Notes: generated from the letters alone by a model not told the origin. DNA of 63,899 nt, filler included, from Octopus bimaculoides (GCF_001194135.2; 5 parts of 5 records of this genome joined end to end with filler, not necessarily neighbours in it); one strand, 5' to 3'. Positions 36,731 through 50,538 are shown, counted from the whole stretch's first letter. Numbers and translations: made by a program.

Positions 36731-37422
36731 TCTTTCAAATCTTTAGCTTCTATTTGGAAATACGATAAATTTTTACTGGAACAACTAAACTATTGACACC
36801 TACTGACTTATTTTTGACATTTAGCTATGTTTCAAGTATTACTCTGATGCTTCGGTGATATTTTCTTTCCCTTTTATGTTGTACGCTGCATAGTCCAGGA
36901 ACTGGACAGGGTCGAATAGTTGTAGACATGTTCGAACGGTTAAGAATTTCATTTCACAATTGTAAAATTCTGGGTTCAATTCGACTGTGCGACATCTTGA
37001 GCAATTGACTTTTGCCATAGCTTAGGGCTGATCCAAGTGAAAACGGGTACACAGAAACTATGGAAGCACATCGGATAGACTGTACGCCTCATTTAACCCG
37101 TATTATCTCAAGGGCAGAAGGAGTCTGTCTAAACCCACGAAATTAGGAACTCAAGTCTGGTTTTATCAAACTTAGATATTGGTAAAATTTCAATTTCATT
37201 GAATTAAAACATCCCTGTTTCTCGAAGAATCTCCATTTGCAGACATTGGGATGATGCGAGGTCAACAATCAGAAAATTATAGCAAAAGTGTGTGTTGTAA
37301 CTCAAAATAAATCTGTTGCTTTTACTCCAATCATATAAGAAAAATACAGGTTTATAAAACAGTTTTGCAACAAAAGGATAATACTTTTCGTGTTTTCGCC
37401 TTTACGTAATTTTGAGTTTTTT

Positions 37423-37584
37423 GTGCAGGAGTGGCTGTGTGGTAAGAAGTTTGCTTTCCATTCACATAGTTCCGGGATCAGTTTCACTGCGTGGTACCTT
37501 GGACAAGAGTCTTCTGTTATACATTCCGATTGACCAAAGCCTTGTAAGTAGGTTTGGCAGACGGGAACTGAAAGAAGCCCATCG

Positions 37585-37626
<42 letters not shown>
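37423..37626 (+). mobile_element. SINE family A, 5' half
   Basis: GCAGGAGTGGCTGTGTGGTAAG...GGTACCTTGGACAAG...GAACTGAAAGAAGCCC. Confidence 0.85.
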
Positions 37627-37992
37627 NNNNNNNNNNNNNNNNNNNNNNNNNNNNNNNNNNNNNNNNNNNNNNNNNNNNNNNNNNNNNNNNNNNNNNNNNN
37701 NNNNNNNNNNNNNNNNNNNNNNNNNNNNNNNNNNNNNNNNNNNNNNNNNNNNNNNNNNNNNNNNNNNNNNNNNNNNNNNNNNNNNNNNNNNNNNNNNNNN
37801 NNNNNNNNNNNNNNNNNNNNNNNNNNNNNNNNNNNNNNNNNNNNNNNNNNNNNNNNNNNNNNNNNNNNNNNNNNNNNNNNNNNNNNNNNNNNNNNNNNNN
37901 NNNNNNNNNNNNNNNNNNNNNNNNNNNNNNNNNNNNNNNNNNNNNNNNNNNNNNNNNNNNNNNNNNNNNNNNNNNNNNNNNNNNNNNNNNNN

Positions 37993-38030
<38 letters not shown>

Positions 38031-38624
38031 TAATACATATATATATATATATATGTATGTATGTATACACACGCACACATATATATATAAAATGAAAAAT
38101 ACACATTGTGTACAGGACATCATCAACGAGTGAAAAATACGTAAACACACGAGAGAAAAGTACAGGACATGAGAAAATACCAAAAGATGGTAACTTCTCA
38201 TTCGTTGTCGGACTGTTTTTTACTCCCGTTTCGTGCTTTTAACGACAATATAGAGAACTTCATAAGACAGCAACATCCGGAAATTTTAAAAATGTAATAA
38301 TATGCAACGTCTACAACTGTAGGCATTGGGATAAAATGGCTAATAAGCCAGCTTAATCTAAACTGTAACAAATGGAATCTATACGAGGATCATGGCGAAA
38401 GTACAAGTATCTAACCTTATAATTCGATGATTTGGCTGGTCAGTTGATCGAACTACTGGAATACACATTGTCGAAACCGACGGAGGTCCATTTGCATTTT
38501 GTTAGTTCGGTGTTTCCCAGTATTTGTCTATTTTTGTCTAATTATCTTGTCTCTGTTTCTGTATCTGACATAATATTTGTTGCTTTTTAATTTCACATAA
38601 TTCAAGGCTACATTACTTTGCATC

Positions 38625-38776
38625 TTTTACTTGTTTCATTCTTTGGAGTGCGGTCAAGCTGGGGCACCAGTTTGAATGGTCTAGTCTGGTTCTTATTCTA
38701 TCAATCTCTTTTACCGAGCCACTAAGTTACAAGGACGTAATGAAACCAGCAGTCGTTATCAAGCAGTGAGGAGAAG

Positions 38777-38812
<36 letters not shown>

Positions 38813-39142
38813 ACACACACATACACACATATACATACACACGTACACACACACACACACANNNNNNNNNNACACATACACACACACACATACACACATA
38901 TACATACACACGTACACACACACACACACAGACGCACGCATACACACACTCACGCACACACACGCAGGCATACACATACACGACATGCTTCCACACAGTT
39001 TCCGTCTACCAAACTCACAAAGTATTGATCGGCCCGAGTCTGCAGTAGAAGACACTTGCTCAAGGTGCCTTGAAATGGGATTGAACCCAAAACCACTTGG
39101 CTGCAAAGCGAATTTCTTAACCACGCACCCAGACCTGCGCCT
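38625..39142 (-). mobile_element. SINE family A
   Basis: Both head and tail recognisable, with an internal (CA)n. Confidence 0.8.
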
Positions 39143-39309
39143 ATTAGTACATCTTTAAAACCGAAATTAATATAAATTCCTCGCGTTAATTCGTTTACTG
39201 TCTGTTGGAGTGTTACCAATTATTTATCAACTGCAGGGTACAAGTGTAATTTGAAACCATCCATGTAGTCACAATACAGCTTTTATACCCGAGTCTGATT
39301 TTGTATACT

Positions 39310-40126
39310 CTTTTACTTGTTTCAGTCATTTGACTGTGACCATGCTAGAGCACCGCCTTTCGCACCGCCTTTCGCACCGCCAGGACTTATTCTTTGTAAG
39401 CATAGTACTTATTCTATCGGTCCTTTTTTGCCGAACCGCTAAGTTATGGGGACGTAAATACACCAGCATTAGTTGTCAAGCGATGTTGTGAGGGGACAAA
39501 CACAGACACACAAACACACACACACGTATATATCATCATCATCATCATCATCGTTTAACGTCCGCTTTCCATGCTAGCATGGGTTGGACGATTTGACTGA
39601 GGACTGGTGAAACCGGATGGCAACACCAGGCTACAGTCTGATTTGGCAGAGTTTCTACAGCTGGATGCCCTTCCTAACGCCAACCACTCAGAGAGTGTAG
39701 TGGGTGCTNNNNNNNNNNNNNNNNNNNNNNNNNNNNNNNNNNNNNNNNNNNNNNNNNNNNNNNNNNNNNNNNNNNNNNNNNNNNNNNNNNNNNNNNNNNN
39801 NNNNNNNNNNNNNNNNNNNNNNNNNNNNNNNNNNNNNNNNNNNNNNNNNNNNNNNNNNNNNNNNNNNNNNNNNNNNNNNNNNNNNNNNNNNNNNNNNNNN
39901 NNNNNNNNNNNNNNNNNNACACACACACACACACACACACACATGCACACACACACATACACACATATACATACACACGTACACACACACACACACAGAC
40001 GCACGCATACACACACTCACGCACACACACGCAGGCATACACTTGCCCAAGGTGCCACGCAGTGGGACTGAACCCAGATCCATGTGGTTCGTAAGCAAAC
40101 TACTTATCACGCAGCCACTCCCACGC
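39310..40126 (-). mobile_element. Composite: family-A SINE interrupted by a family-D tail (39533-39708) and a gap
   Basis: Head at 40040-40126, 3' part at 39310-39530, family-D tail between them. Confidence 0.75.
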
Positions 40127-41081
40127 TTATGTTGATCAAAGGTGTTAACACTAGAAGAAAAGAGATGGATAGAAAACGATTCCTCTTCTAAACGGATTCG
40201 TTTATATGATTCTTCCCTTTGCTTGTATCTGCAGAATTGTTTTCCATTTATTCATGACATTTAACGAGGCTGCTTCTTACAGGTACTAACTTACCTTTCA
40301 TCATTTACTTTTCCTTTTATGACACATCTAGCAATAAATCTGTACTATACTCAAATCCTTCTTTCTCCTTATACTGATTTCAGTAACGTCTTTGTTGATT
40401 AGTAATTGATCTTTACATTTATATGAAACTTTTTATTATCCCATCTATAATCCTGGAAATGAACTGTGTTCCCCTGGCAATCATCAATCTATTGCAGTAA
40501 TACTTTTACATAGAAAAATGCATTTCAATTTGACAGCCGCGTTTGAAATACGTTCTTATGCAGAATGAATTACGTTCTTAAACGACTATAGCAGATGAAA
40601 AAATATCCCACAATGATACATTGAATGAATCTTGTTTAATTACCTTAAGCTCACGATGTTATAGCGACCGGGAATTTTCTTATGTTACAAATCAATATTC
40701 TACAAATCAGAACTTGACGTCATTATCAACTCAAAACTTTAAATCATTGAATGGCCACTCCAAGGAAAGTTGTTTCTTTGCTGAGAAAATAAGGAAGATA
40801 GTGACTGAGTAGCTTCACATCAATAACTCCTAATAGCTGAAATACAACACATATGATAAGAAATTACTCCCAAAATAATCAACGAAGCAGTATTATCCTG
40901 TGTGGTGTGACTTTATGACATGCTTTCGTCCACAATGTTATCATTAAAAAGCAGTGCACAGATGAATGCTTGTAAGATGCCAATGAGCTCAAATTGATAA
41001 TTTTAATCTTCTTTAAGAAACTATCAAAATTACTGATTAAATATTCCAGTCAAAACAATCATTTGCAGGCCGGATTTTATC

Positions 41082-41375
41082 TTTTGTCTTTTACGTATTT
41101 CAGTCATCACACTGCGACCATGCTGGAGTACTGCCTTGAAGGGTTTAGTCGAACAAATCAGTCCTACTGCTTACTTTTTAAGTCTAGTACTGATTCTATC
41201 GGTCTCTTTTGCATGACTGCTAAGGTACGGGATGTAAATAAACCAAAACCAGTAATCAAATGGCGATGGTGGAGGACAAAAACAAACACACACACATACA
41301 CACACACATACATACACACACATACACACACACATGTATACATTCATACACACACATATACGACGGACTTCCACA
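41082..41375 (-). mobile_element. SINE family A, 3' part
   Basis: TTTCAGTCATCACACTGCGACCATGCTGGAGTACTGCC...TTCTATCGGTCTCTTTTGC. Confidence 0.75.
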
Positions 41376-41598
41376 CAACCATTTTTTTTCAAAATAGTGC
41401 GACATTTGTCTCAGACCTGACTTCATCAAACAAAGATTTGCTACAAAGATTACAAGTGGAACAACAACATAAATATCGAAGTAGAACCAAAATAAAACAA
41501 CACCGGAAATGGTAGACAGTTTTATTTGCTATTGTTATAGAAGAAATCGAAATTTATGAACTATGTATATATTTTTAATTATGAACTCTAACGACTTA

Positions 41599-42283
41599 CT
41601 GGGTGGCCATAAGGCCACGCACCATCCTGCAATATGTGAAATTGCTAACATTCTCTTTTTTTTTTTATCTCCTTTCAGAACTGCCGATATTACTCACAAA
41701 CCAATTCTCATTGGATGGAGACATAACCAACAAGGCAGGATGTGGTGTGGGATTTGACACAACTAAGTAATTGGACCATTTTATTTTGAGGGCTCTGTGA
41801 CAGGAGATATGTATTTGGACATGCTTGGCAACAAGATGATGTTTCACGTGCATTCACTTGGAAGGGGAAGTTCTGTCTGGTCTCAGCAGGATGGGGCTCT
41901 ACCCCATTATACATTACAGATTCGTGATTTTCTGGATGAACATTTTCCAGGGGGATGGATCGGGCGTCGAGGGACAATTGAATGGGCACCACGGTCACCA
42001 GATTTAACTCTTATGGACTTTTTTCTTCTGGGGTTACATTAAATCCCTTGTGTATTCTGAAAAGATTCGTGACCAAGGATATCTAAGAATTGTTGAAGCG
42101 TGTGAACAACTCAACGGCAATGATGTGCTAGTTGAGCGGGTTCATCGCAATTTCAAATTCCGTATGAACACTTGTTTAGAGCTACATGGCCAACACTTTA
42201 AACGTTTGTAATGAATTACCTACTTCATTGCTAATAAAGCATACTTGATATCTCCCAAGGTGCGTGACTTTGTGACCACCCTG
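41599..42283 (+). mobile_element. Internally deleted Tc1/mariner element, DD41D (rosa) type
   Basis: TA|CTGGGTGGCCATAAGGCCACGCACC ... GGTGCGTGACTTTGTGACCACCCTG|TA; QQDGALPHY...WIGRRG...WAPRSPDLTLMDFF with 41 residues between the second and third catalytic Asp. Confidence 0.9.
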
Positions 42284-44849
42284 TATATTGTCATAAGCAC
42301 ATTACTCTATTTGCTATATGTATAGAATAAAAATGCGCTAAGAAGCGTGTCAGTCATGTCTTAATTATTTCGCGAAAAAGCTATTACGCCAACAAGCAAC
42401 ATTTGTTGAAATAAAAAGGATGATAATTATAATTTTATCCCCTAAAGTATGACCAGTATACAAATATAACAGTAAACGAGAATATTCCTATATATCTGCA
42501 GATATCATGTGTGGTAACAGACTAAGCTCCGACTGTAACCTTATTATCCTGTAGTAAGTCTAACCGTCTTTTTCTACCTGTTAGTGACAGCAACAACAAA
42601 CACGATATGTATATTATGAGCTGCGAGTGTAGAGAACAAAAATAATTTGTAAACTTCTACTACAAGGCAGACCGTGTTTGATTATTATTGATAAGAGACT
42701 TACTGAGTCGATATTGACAGTGATTAATGCTGATACTGACAGAGGATATTTCAACATAGCAATCTCGTTTCATTTTGGAAAATAAATATCTATCTAACAT
42801 GCCTTCTCCACAACTGTTTAGCAGTAACTTGAAAATACAATAGAAGCAATCAAAGACAAAACAATAAAAAACACCATTATGGATTTGAAAATAAAACGGA
42901 ATATGATCGTTGATTTATGGGAAGTTATCAGCTATGTAGTGATACTTATTACATGTAAATAAGCAAATAAATGCGCTTCTCACCAATATGAAATGAAAAA
43001 TAAAATAGAAACATTACTTGATGTAAATCTATCTTCGTTTATGACGAAGGTTAGGTTTTTAAAAAAAAAACGTGATTAATGAATCAGTGATAAACGATTC
43101 ATCACGCATTTTGTGAACAGAACAAATAGTAGATGCATTGACACCAAACTCGCAGCCGCCAGCAGCGAAGCTTCCGCCGTCACGTATTATTTCTACCCTT
43201 TTCTGTGTAGGGTACACTCGTCTACGTCTTTTGTTAGGATCAAGCGCCTTCGTATCTTTCCTATTTATTGGTCCTATGTTGATGAGTACGAGTACGTAAA
43301 TCTATATAAATAAAAATATGCAGCCTTGCATCATGGTCATGTAAGCACAAGTGATAATCGGTGTATTCTGGATAGGTAAGCATTATAGGTGGTTGCTATG
43401 GTGCATTTTCAGTACAAGTATAATCTTCGATTGATCGCCAACTCATGTTATCACAAATCAATCCATAATAAGCGTAACATACTTCACAGATGAGCGTGCT
43501 GTGTTATTCGGGGTCGGCGATGAATGAATCGGTGATAAACGAGGCTACATGAACTAAAAATGAGAACAAATACGTAAGTATAAATTAAACAACACTGAAC
43601 AAGATCAAAAGTGGCGAATGAGTAACTCTGGCCTCAGAAGAAAGTAGATGAGCGATAAAAATAGTAAGAAATTCAATGGAAATCCCTCAATACTTAACCA
43701 AGGTATGAGAACGGTAATCAATAGTCACAGAGAATCTTTCTCAGGAAGAAACGGATTCTTTTCAGAGAAAAGCTTTTAGTGAAAAAATGAATTGTCTTAG
43801 TGAGATGTGGTCAGAAGAAATTTGAAAGAAGGATTATCTCCAGATTCACTAAAAGCATTATCTATAGTGATAATCTTGAGACCCTTTGTAACCCTATTGG
43901 TAACCATCATGAAATTAAATACAAGAAGTGAATGTATTACTTTTGATCTTATGAAGTGTCGCAAAGATAAATTTTAAGGAGACGGTCTGTCTCTCTCTGC
44001 GATACTAGATATAGTTTAAAAAATTTAATTTCTAATAATTTAAATTCGAAGTAGCTTTAAAACTTCGAGATAGCAAAGTATCAGGAAGAGACTTTGATAA
44101 AGGTTACTAATACAAGAAAAAAAAAAAACTGGTTTTCTATCTGGAATATCTTATTGACCTTTACTATGAGTTATCAATGGGTTTAAAAATATACCAAGCT
44201 AGTTGTTGTCGGCATGAACAAATTTGATGCTAAAATACGAAGCTGCTTATAAGACAATGAACAACAGACCAATTGCATTCTTGAAATTAATGCATCAAAT
44301 ATATATGTCCTGTCTGAACCTATTCGTCTTGGGTCATTATGATAACAACCATATCATCACAGCCAGATACGAAACTGTTAGAAACGACGTGTTTGGGTGT
44401 AGGCTGAGTAACTTTTAATCAACAAAACTGTGATGTCAGAGTTTCGACAGAATAGGAGAAATTTGATTGCTGTCTGGCTGAGTTAGAAAACAAGCATTCG
44501 ATTCTGTTCCCATGGATGCCAGAGGCTAATCGGCTTTCTAAGTTTCCAGAGACTATAATCAACTTTGCTTTGTCCTCAGGCACCATCTTGAAATTATATA
44601 CAGGAGGTGATTGTATTGTCACTGATGGTATAAGGTATTGCCGAGGAATAGTTCATCTCGGATGCGCAGAAAACAAAACTAAGCGTAGAGGAGTGGTGGC
44701 CAGTGTAAGGCCTTAGCTACACACACACACACACAAATGTATGTATTATTACCGGTTATATCATATAACCGACAGCAAAATTTGACCCGTTATATGACAT
44801 AACCAATAATATTTTGTTTGAAGAACACATATAATCACTCTATTACTTA

Positions 44850-45085
44850 TACTGGTTTCAAATTTCGACAGAAGGCCAACAATTTTGAGGGAAGGGTAAG
44901 TAAGTCGATTACGTCAACCCCCACTCCACCCCATCCCAGTGCACGACAAGTAGTTATTTTATCGACCCCGGAAAGATAAAACGCAAAGTCGAATCGAGCG
45001 GGATTTGAACTGAAAACGTTAAGTCGGAAGAAATGCCGCTAAGCATTTTGTCCGGCGCAGCAACAATTCTGCCGGCGGGCCGCCT
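44850..45085 (-). mobile_element. SINE family B
   Basis: AAGTCGATTACGTCAACCCC...TTTATCGACCCCGGAAAG...GCTAAGCATTTTGTCCGGCG. Confidence 0.8.
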
Positions 45086-45125
45086 TTTTCTGTTACTTGT
45101 GTGCTTTTGTTTCTGACAATATATA

Positions 45126-45150
45126 CAGGGTGCGATGGGTAAATTGTCGC
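45126..45150 (+). mobile_element. Possible solo Tc1/mariner TIR (TA|CAGGGTGCGATGGGTAAATTGTCGC)
   Basis: TA followed by CAGGGTG, as in the rosa-type TIR at 42283; the partner end is not visible (gap follows). Confidence 0.35.
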
Positions 45151-46359
45151 TATATTATGTTTTTAATTTCGTGCGTGCACATTCTTTTTTTTTCTACTCT
45201 AGGCACAAGACCCGAAATTTTTAGGGGAGGGGACCAGTCTATTAGATCGACCCAAGTACACAACTGGTACTNNNNNNNNNNNNNNNNNNNNNNNNNNNNN
45301 NNNNNNNNNNNNNNNNNNNNNNNNNNNNNNNNNNNNNNNNNNNNNNNNNNNNNNNNNNNNNNNNNNNNNNNNNNNNNNNNNNNNNNNNNNNNNNNNNNNN
45401 NNNNNNNNNNNNNNNNNNNNNNNNNNNNNNNNNNNNNNNNNNNNNNNNNNNNNNNNNNNNNNNNNNNNNNNNNNNNNNNNNNNNNNNNNNNNNNNNNNNN
45501 NNNNNNNNNNNNNNNNNNNNNNNNNNNNNNNNNNNNNNNNNNNNNNNNNNNNNNNNNNNNNNNNNNNNNNNNNNNNNNNNNNNNNNNNNNNNNNNNNNNN
45601 NNNNNNNNNNNNNNNNNNNNNNNNNNNNNNNNNNNNNNNNNNNNNNNNNNNNNNNNNNNNNNNNNNNNNNNNNNNNNNNNNNNNNNNNNNNNNNNNNNNN
45701 NNNNNNNNNNNNNNNNNNNNNNNNNNNNNNNNNNNNNNNNNNNNNNNNNNNNNNNNNNNNNNNNNNNNNNNNNNNNNNNNNNNNNNNNNNNNNNNNNNNN
45801 NNNNNNNNNNNNNNNNNNNNNNNNNNNNNNNNNNNNNNNNNNNNNNNNNNNNNNNNNNNNNNNNNNNNNNNNNNNNNNNNNNNNNNNNNNNNNNNNNNNN
45901 NNNNNNNNNNNNNNNNNNNNNNNNNNNNNNNNNNNNNNNNNNNNNNNNNNNNNNNNNNNNNNNNNNNNNNNNNNNTATATATCAATATATTATAAATTAA
46001 CTACCAACAAAAATAATTGGTAAGCTAACTCAAAAAATCATCACCAAAATAGCAGAAAAAAACGACAGTGAAGGTATTTTAGTTTTCTAAAACAAAGTCT
46101 TGTGAGATTGTTTGTGTGTTTGTTTGTTTGGGTAAGCACAATATGGGGAAAATACATTTCTCGCTTTATTTCATGTTACATACTATTTGAAAAGGCGCGT
46201 GGCTTAGTGGTTAGGTGTGTTGTATTCTGGTGTGTGGGTTCGATTTTCAGAACATCTTTGCGTTGCTTGTCTTTTTCTTTTTGTGGGAAAACATCTTATA
46301 TATATTGAAGAAGATAAATATGTTCATTTGAATATACACGTTTTTTGCGTCGTAACTCC

Positions 46360-46430
<71 letters not shown>

Positions 46431-46460
46431 AACTTTTCTGCTCTAAGCACAAGGGGCCCG

Positions 46461-46510
<50 letters not shown>

Positions 46511-46981
46511 CCGATATACATGATGGTTGATTTTTTTCAGCTATACTTTACGTCGTAAAGAGAAAGAGAGACAGACAGACAGAAAGAGAGTGAGAGAGAA
46601 AGAAAGAAAGACAGAAAGAGAGAGAAAGAGAGAGAGTGAGAGAGTAAAAGAGGGATACAGGAAGAGTTAACATAAGAGTTGGTGTGTGAGAGCCTGATGG
46701 GAGGTGATGGGTAAAAGAACGCTCCGCACACTGGGAAAGAGAAAAGGAAATCATAAAAACAGAGGAGTAAAGGATAGTAGACATGGCGAATAAATACGTA
46801 AACGAATATACAAAATACAAGATGTGAGTTGGTGTGTGTGTGTGTGTGTGTGTGTGTGACAAACTAACAATTTAAAAGAATCTAAATAGCGCACGTCCTT
46901 ACGCATGTAGTATGTATAAATTGGGTAAGCACAATATGGGGAAAATACATTTTTCACTTTATTTCATGCAACATACTAATT

Positions 46982-47263
46982 GTGAAGGCGCGTTGCTTAG
47001 TGGTTAGGTGTGCTGTATTCTGGATCGTGGTTTCGATTTTCAGACCGTCTGTGCGATGATGTCTTTTTTTTAGCAAAACACTTTATTTCATGTTTCACCA
47101 GTCTACCCAACTGTAAATGGGTACACCATGCAATGAAATAGCCTACTTCTGATCAAGGAGGTGGGGAATGTTAGCCTGCTCGCCTAGCCAATGGGGTGGC
47201 ATCATTCGAAAGCTAAAACTATGTAAAGCACATTGTGACTAGCGAAGTGTAACAGCATCCGAT
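46982..47263 (+). mobile_element. SINE family C with a third type of 3' half
   Basis: GTGAAGGCGCGTTGCTTAGTGGTTAGG head, GTTTCGATT B-box-like, CAACTGTAAATGGGTAC block. Confidence 0.75.
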
Positions 47264-47464
47264 ANNNNNNNNNNNNNNNNNNNNNNNNNNNNNNNNNNNN
47301 NNNNNNNNNNNNNNNNNNNNNNNNNNNNNNNNNNNNNNNNNNNNNNNNNNNNNNNNNNNNNNNNNNNNNNNNNNNNNNNNNNNNNNNNNNNNNNNNNNNN
47401 NNNNNNNNNNNNNNNNNNNNNNNNNNNNNNNNNNNNNNNNNNNNNNNNNNNNNNNNNNNNNNNN

Positions 47465-47504
<40 letters not shown>

Positions 47505-48412
47505 GCACACACACACTCCCCACCTCTTTCTCTGTCTCTTGCACACACAATCAATCTCACAAGACTTTGTTTTAGAAAACTAAAAGCGGTGATCTTTTGC
47601 TTTAAGAACTGCGGGATTGGAAAAAATAAAACGAACTTCATCTCCTGAGTAAGTGAAACGAATAAATATGTAATAAATAAATACTTTAATGTACAAATGA
47701 AAATATTGCTTAATTTTATTTTATTTTAAAGGTGATGAATATATTTTTAAAAATTGGTATTCACTTCATCATTTTGTATTAAGCACGAAGAAAGATGATA
47801 AGACTTAAATTTTAATAGTTAGTGTATGCTATATTTCATGATATAGCCTATAGTATATTTTCAGATAAATACCTACACATGAATATACATATACATACCT
47901 ATATATATATATACCCGGTACTTTCCTAACAAGATGTGATAGACGCACAATGTAATAGTGCGACTTTGATGCAAGTCTCCAATGCCTAAAACCGCAAATA
48001 TTACGTAATTCTTTTTTTTTTTAGAATTTTTTAGAATTTTTTTTTTAGAATTTTTTAGAATTTTCTCACTCTTCGCCTTATCCTCTTTTTCTCCAACTAA
48101 TCACGTGAAAACGTTACAATTGCGTTCCCTCTACCTCACGTCATAGAAGCTTCTCTCTCTCACTTTTTCTCTCTCCGTATTTTTCTCTTTGTCTCTTTTT
48201 TTCTTTCCCTCTTTTCTTTCTCTCACTTTTTCTCTAATCACGTAAAAGCGTCACGGACGGGCTAAGTAATGGAATGACAAGCAGAATTATAAGATAGTAG
48301 TTGCTTAACCACTACACTACTACACTAGAAGCAGACTGGAATACGATGATCTACGTGGAGCTCTAAACTTAACAGTAGCAGTCGTACATCTGTACCCACA
48401 GGGTATAACAAA

Positions 48413-48643
48413 CGCGGCGAGCTGGCAGAATCGTTAGCACGCCGGGCGAAATGCTTAGCGGTATTTCGTCTGCCGTTACGTTCTGAGTTCAAATTCCACC
48501 GAGGTCGACTTTGCCTGTCATCCTTTTGGGGTCGATAAATTAAGTACCAGTTACGCACTGGGGTCGATGTAATCGACTTAATCCGTTCGTCTGTTCTTGT
48601 TTGTTCCCTCTATGTTTAGCCCCTTGTGGGCAATAACGAAATA
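48413..48643 (+). mobile_element. Full-length young SINE family B with an 11-bp TSD
   Basis: TSD GGTATAACAAA at 48402-48412 and 48644-48654; nearly identical to 31743-31972. Confidence 0.92.
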
Positions 48644-49290
48644 GGTATAACAAATGCATACACACACGGACACACGTCTGTGCACACATATACATGCAAA
48701 TATACATATACATGTGTGTGTGCGTGGTGGTAGTGGGATGTTAGGGATGAGAACACTGAGAGAGGAATATAGTTCATTGACTTTTTGCATTAGAAATATA
48801 TTTTATGAACACGTAATTACATAGAGCTGGTCAAATATCAGACATATTGACAAAAAGACATAACATTGACAGATTCGGAAAAAAAAGTAAATCGATTGAT
48901 AGCCGGGAAAATACATAGGCAAAGAGTAGCATAGGTATATGGAAATAGAGAATTAGATAGACAAATAGTTGGACTTATAAATATATAAATAGATAGGCAG
49001 AGCGAAAATGAATAGGAATGTTGGTGACTTAGATACATCGAACATTACGATCGATCAACGTAAAAGTTTCCAATAAAATGTAACACATTTAGAACTTAAA
49101 AGACATTAGAGAACAAAAGAACATCTGAATTTTGTGTAGATTTGGCATGGAGTATAACATTTACTAAGCCACTAAGGATGAATATACATACATACATACA
49201 TACATATATAATATCGACGGAAGCAGTATTATATAAAGATTATCTTATATATCTATATATGTGAGTATGGGTATATATATNNNNNNNNNN

Positions 49291-49329
<39 letters not shown>

Positions 49330-49564
49330 AGAGATAGAGGGGAGAGACGGAGAGAGATAGAAACAGACTGTGAGAAGAAGCAAAAGTGAGAAAGATGATC
49401 GTTTCAAAGTGTTTTCTCAAGTCAAGAATCTATAAACTTGATGTAGCGGGATATGGTTCTTATGGCGAGTTCGGCGCCAAGGTTTGATCCAGCTTAATGA
49501 ATGATAGAATGTGGTCCAGTATACCGTACTGTGTTGTGGTAACTTCTGATGCAATATGATGTGA

Positions 49565-49596
<32 letters not shown>

Positions 49597-50371
49597 CGAT
49601 CGCTTGTATTTTGACATATTCTAAATTGTATAGTAAATGTATTCTCAGGGGTTAATTGTTAATAACGAAAAACCCTGAGAAAGAAATTTATGGTACTTTA
49701 GCGATAGGTAAATAAAAACGAACAAATGATAGTATCTAAGTGGATATTCTTTTCAGCAGGGTCTTGACTCTGTCTGTGTAAACAATTTGAACGAAACATA
49801 AATGTATGCACTTTGAATACACTGACGCAAAATTGCTAATATTTGAACAAGATGGTGGATTTCTCCAGGAATATTTTAATATCGTTTGCGGGTTTCATTC
49901 TGGCAGTTTGCCTCACGAATCCAATTTCAGGCATCACTTATTGTAGTGTATACCAGATAATGACATCGTGAAGGAGAAAATTGATTCTTCTATTTCGGCA
50001 ATAATGACTGCATCGTGACAGCGTCATGATTGAATCGTCTGCCTATCTTGTCTCCTTCTTGATGTTTTCTCCCCGTTTCTATGTACACAACGATTTCTCC
50101 CTTAAATGCATAACTTAGAAGTGATGTCGAGACAGCGACTAATGAGCATGATTAGTATCGAACTTGGTTATATTGGTTTTATTAAAAGATGCTGAAATAA
50201 TCCAGGAGATGTTTAGTTAAATGAGGCTAGAAAAGATTGACAAGTCAAACGTTACTCATTTTTATGAGTGACTTTTAGCAGTTCTATTTATTCTAGCCTC
50301 AACCTGATTAGATGTTTTCTCAATCTTATTTGACCATACTACTACTATACACACATACAAACATACACACA

Positions 50372-50427
<56 letters not shown>

Positions 50428-50507
50428 GTCTTAAGAACACCAAAATGGGTCGAAAGCAGAACAAAAAGAGTGTATTAGTTTAACGCTTAGGAAAAACGGA
50501 AGAAGTC

Positions 50508-50538
50508 TGTAACGTTTCGAGCCAACGCCCTCCTACAG
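50508..50538 (-). ncRNA. Degenerate minimal type-I hammerhead-ribozyme-like motif in a Penelope-type terminus
   Basis: CTGTAGG-A-GGGC-gttg-GCTC-GAAAC-GTT: stem II and the palindromic ACGT stem III are present, but the core has two deviations from CUGANGA. Confidence 0.45.

Noticed and set aside
38801-40040. Identical compound CA-microsatellite strings repeated at ~38810, ~38880 and ~39950
   Set aside because: All sit at gap edges; probably assembly duplication.
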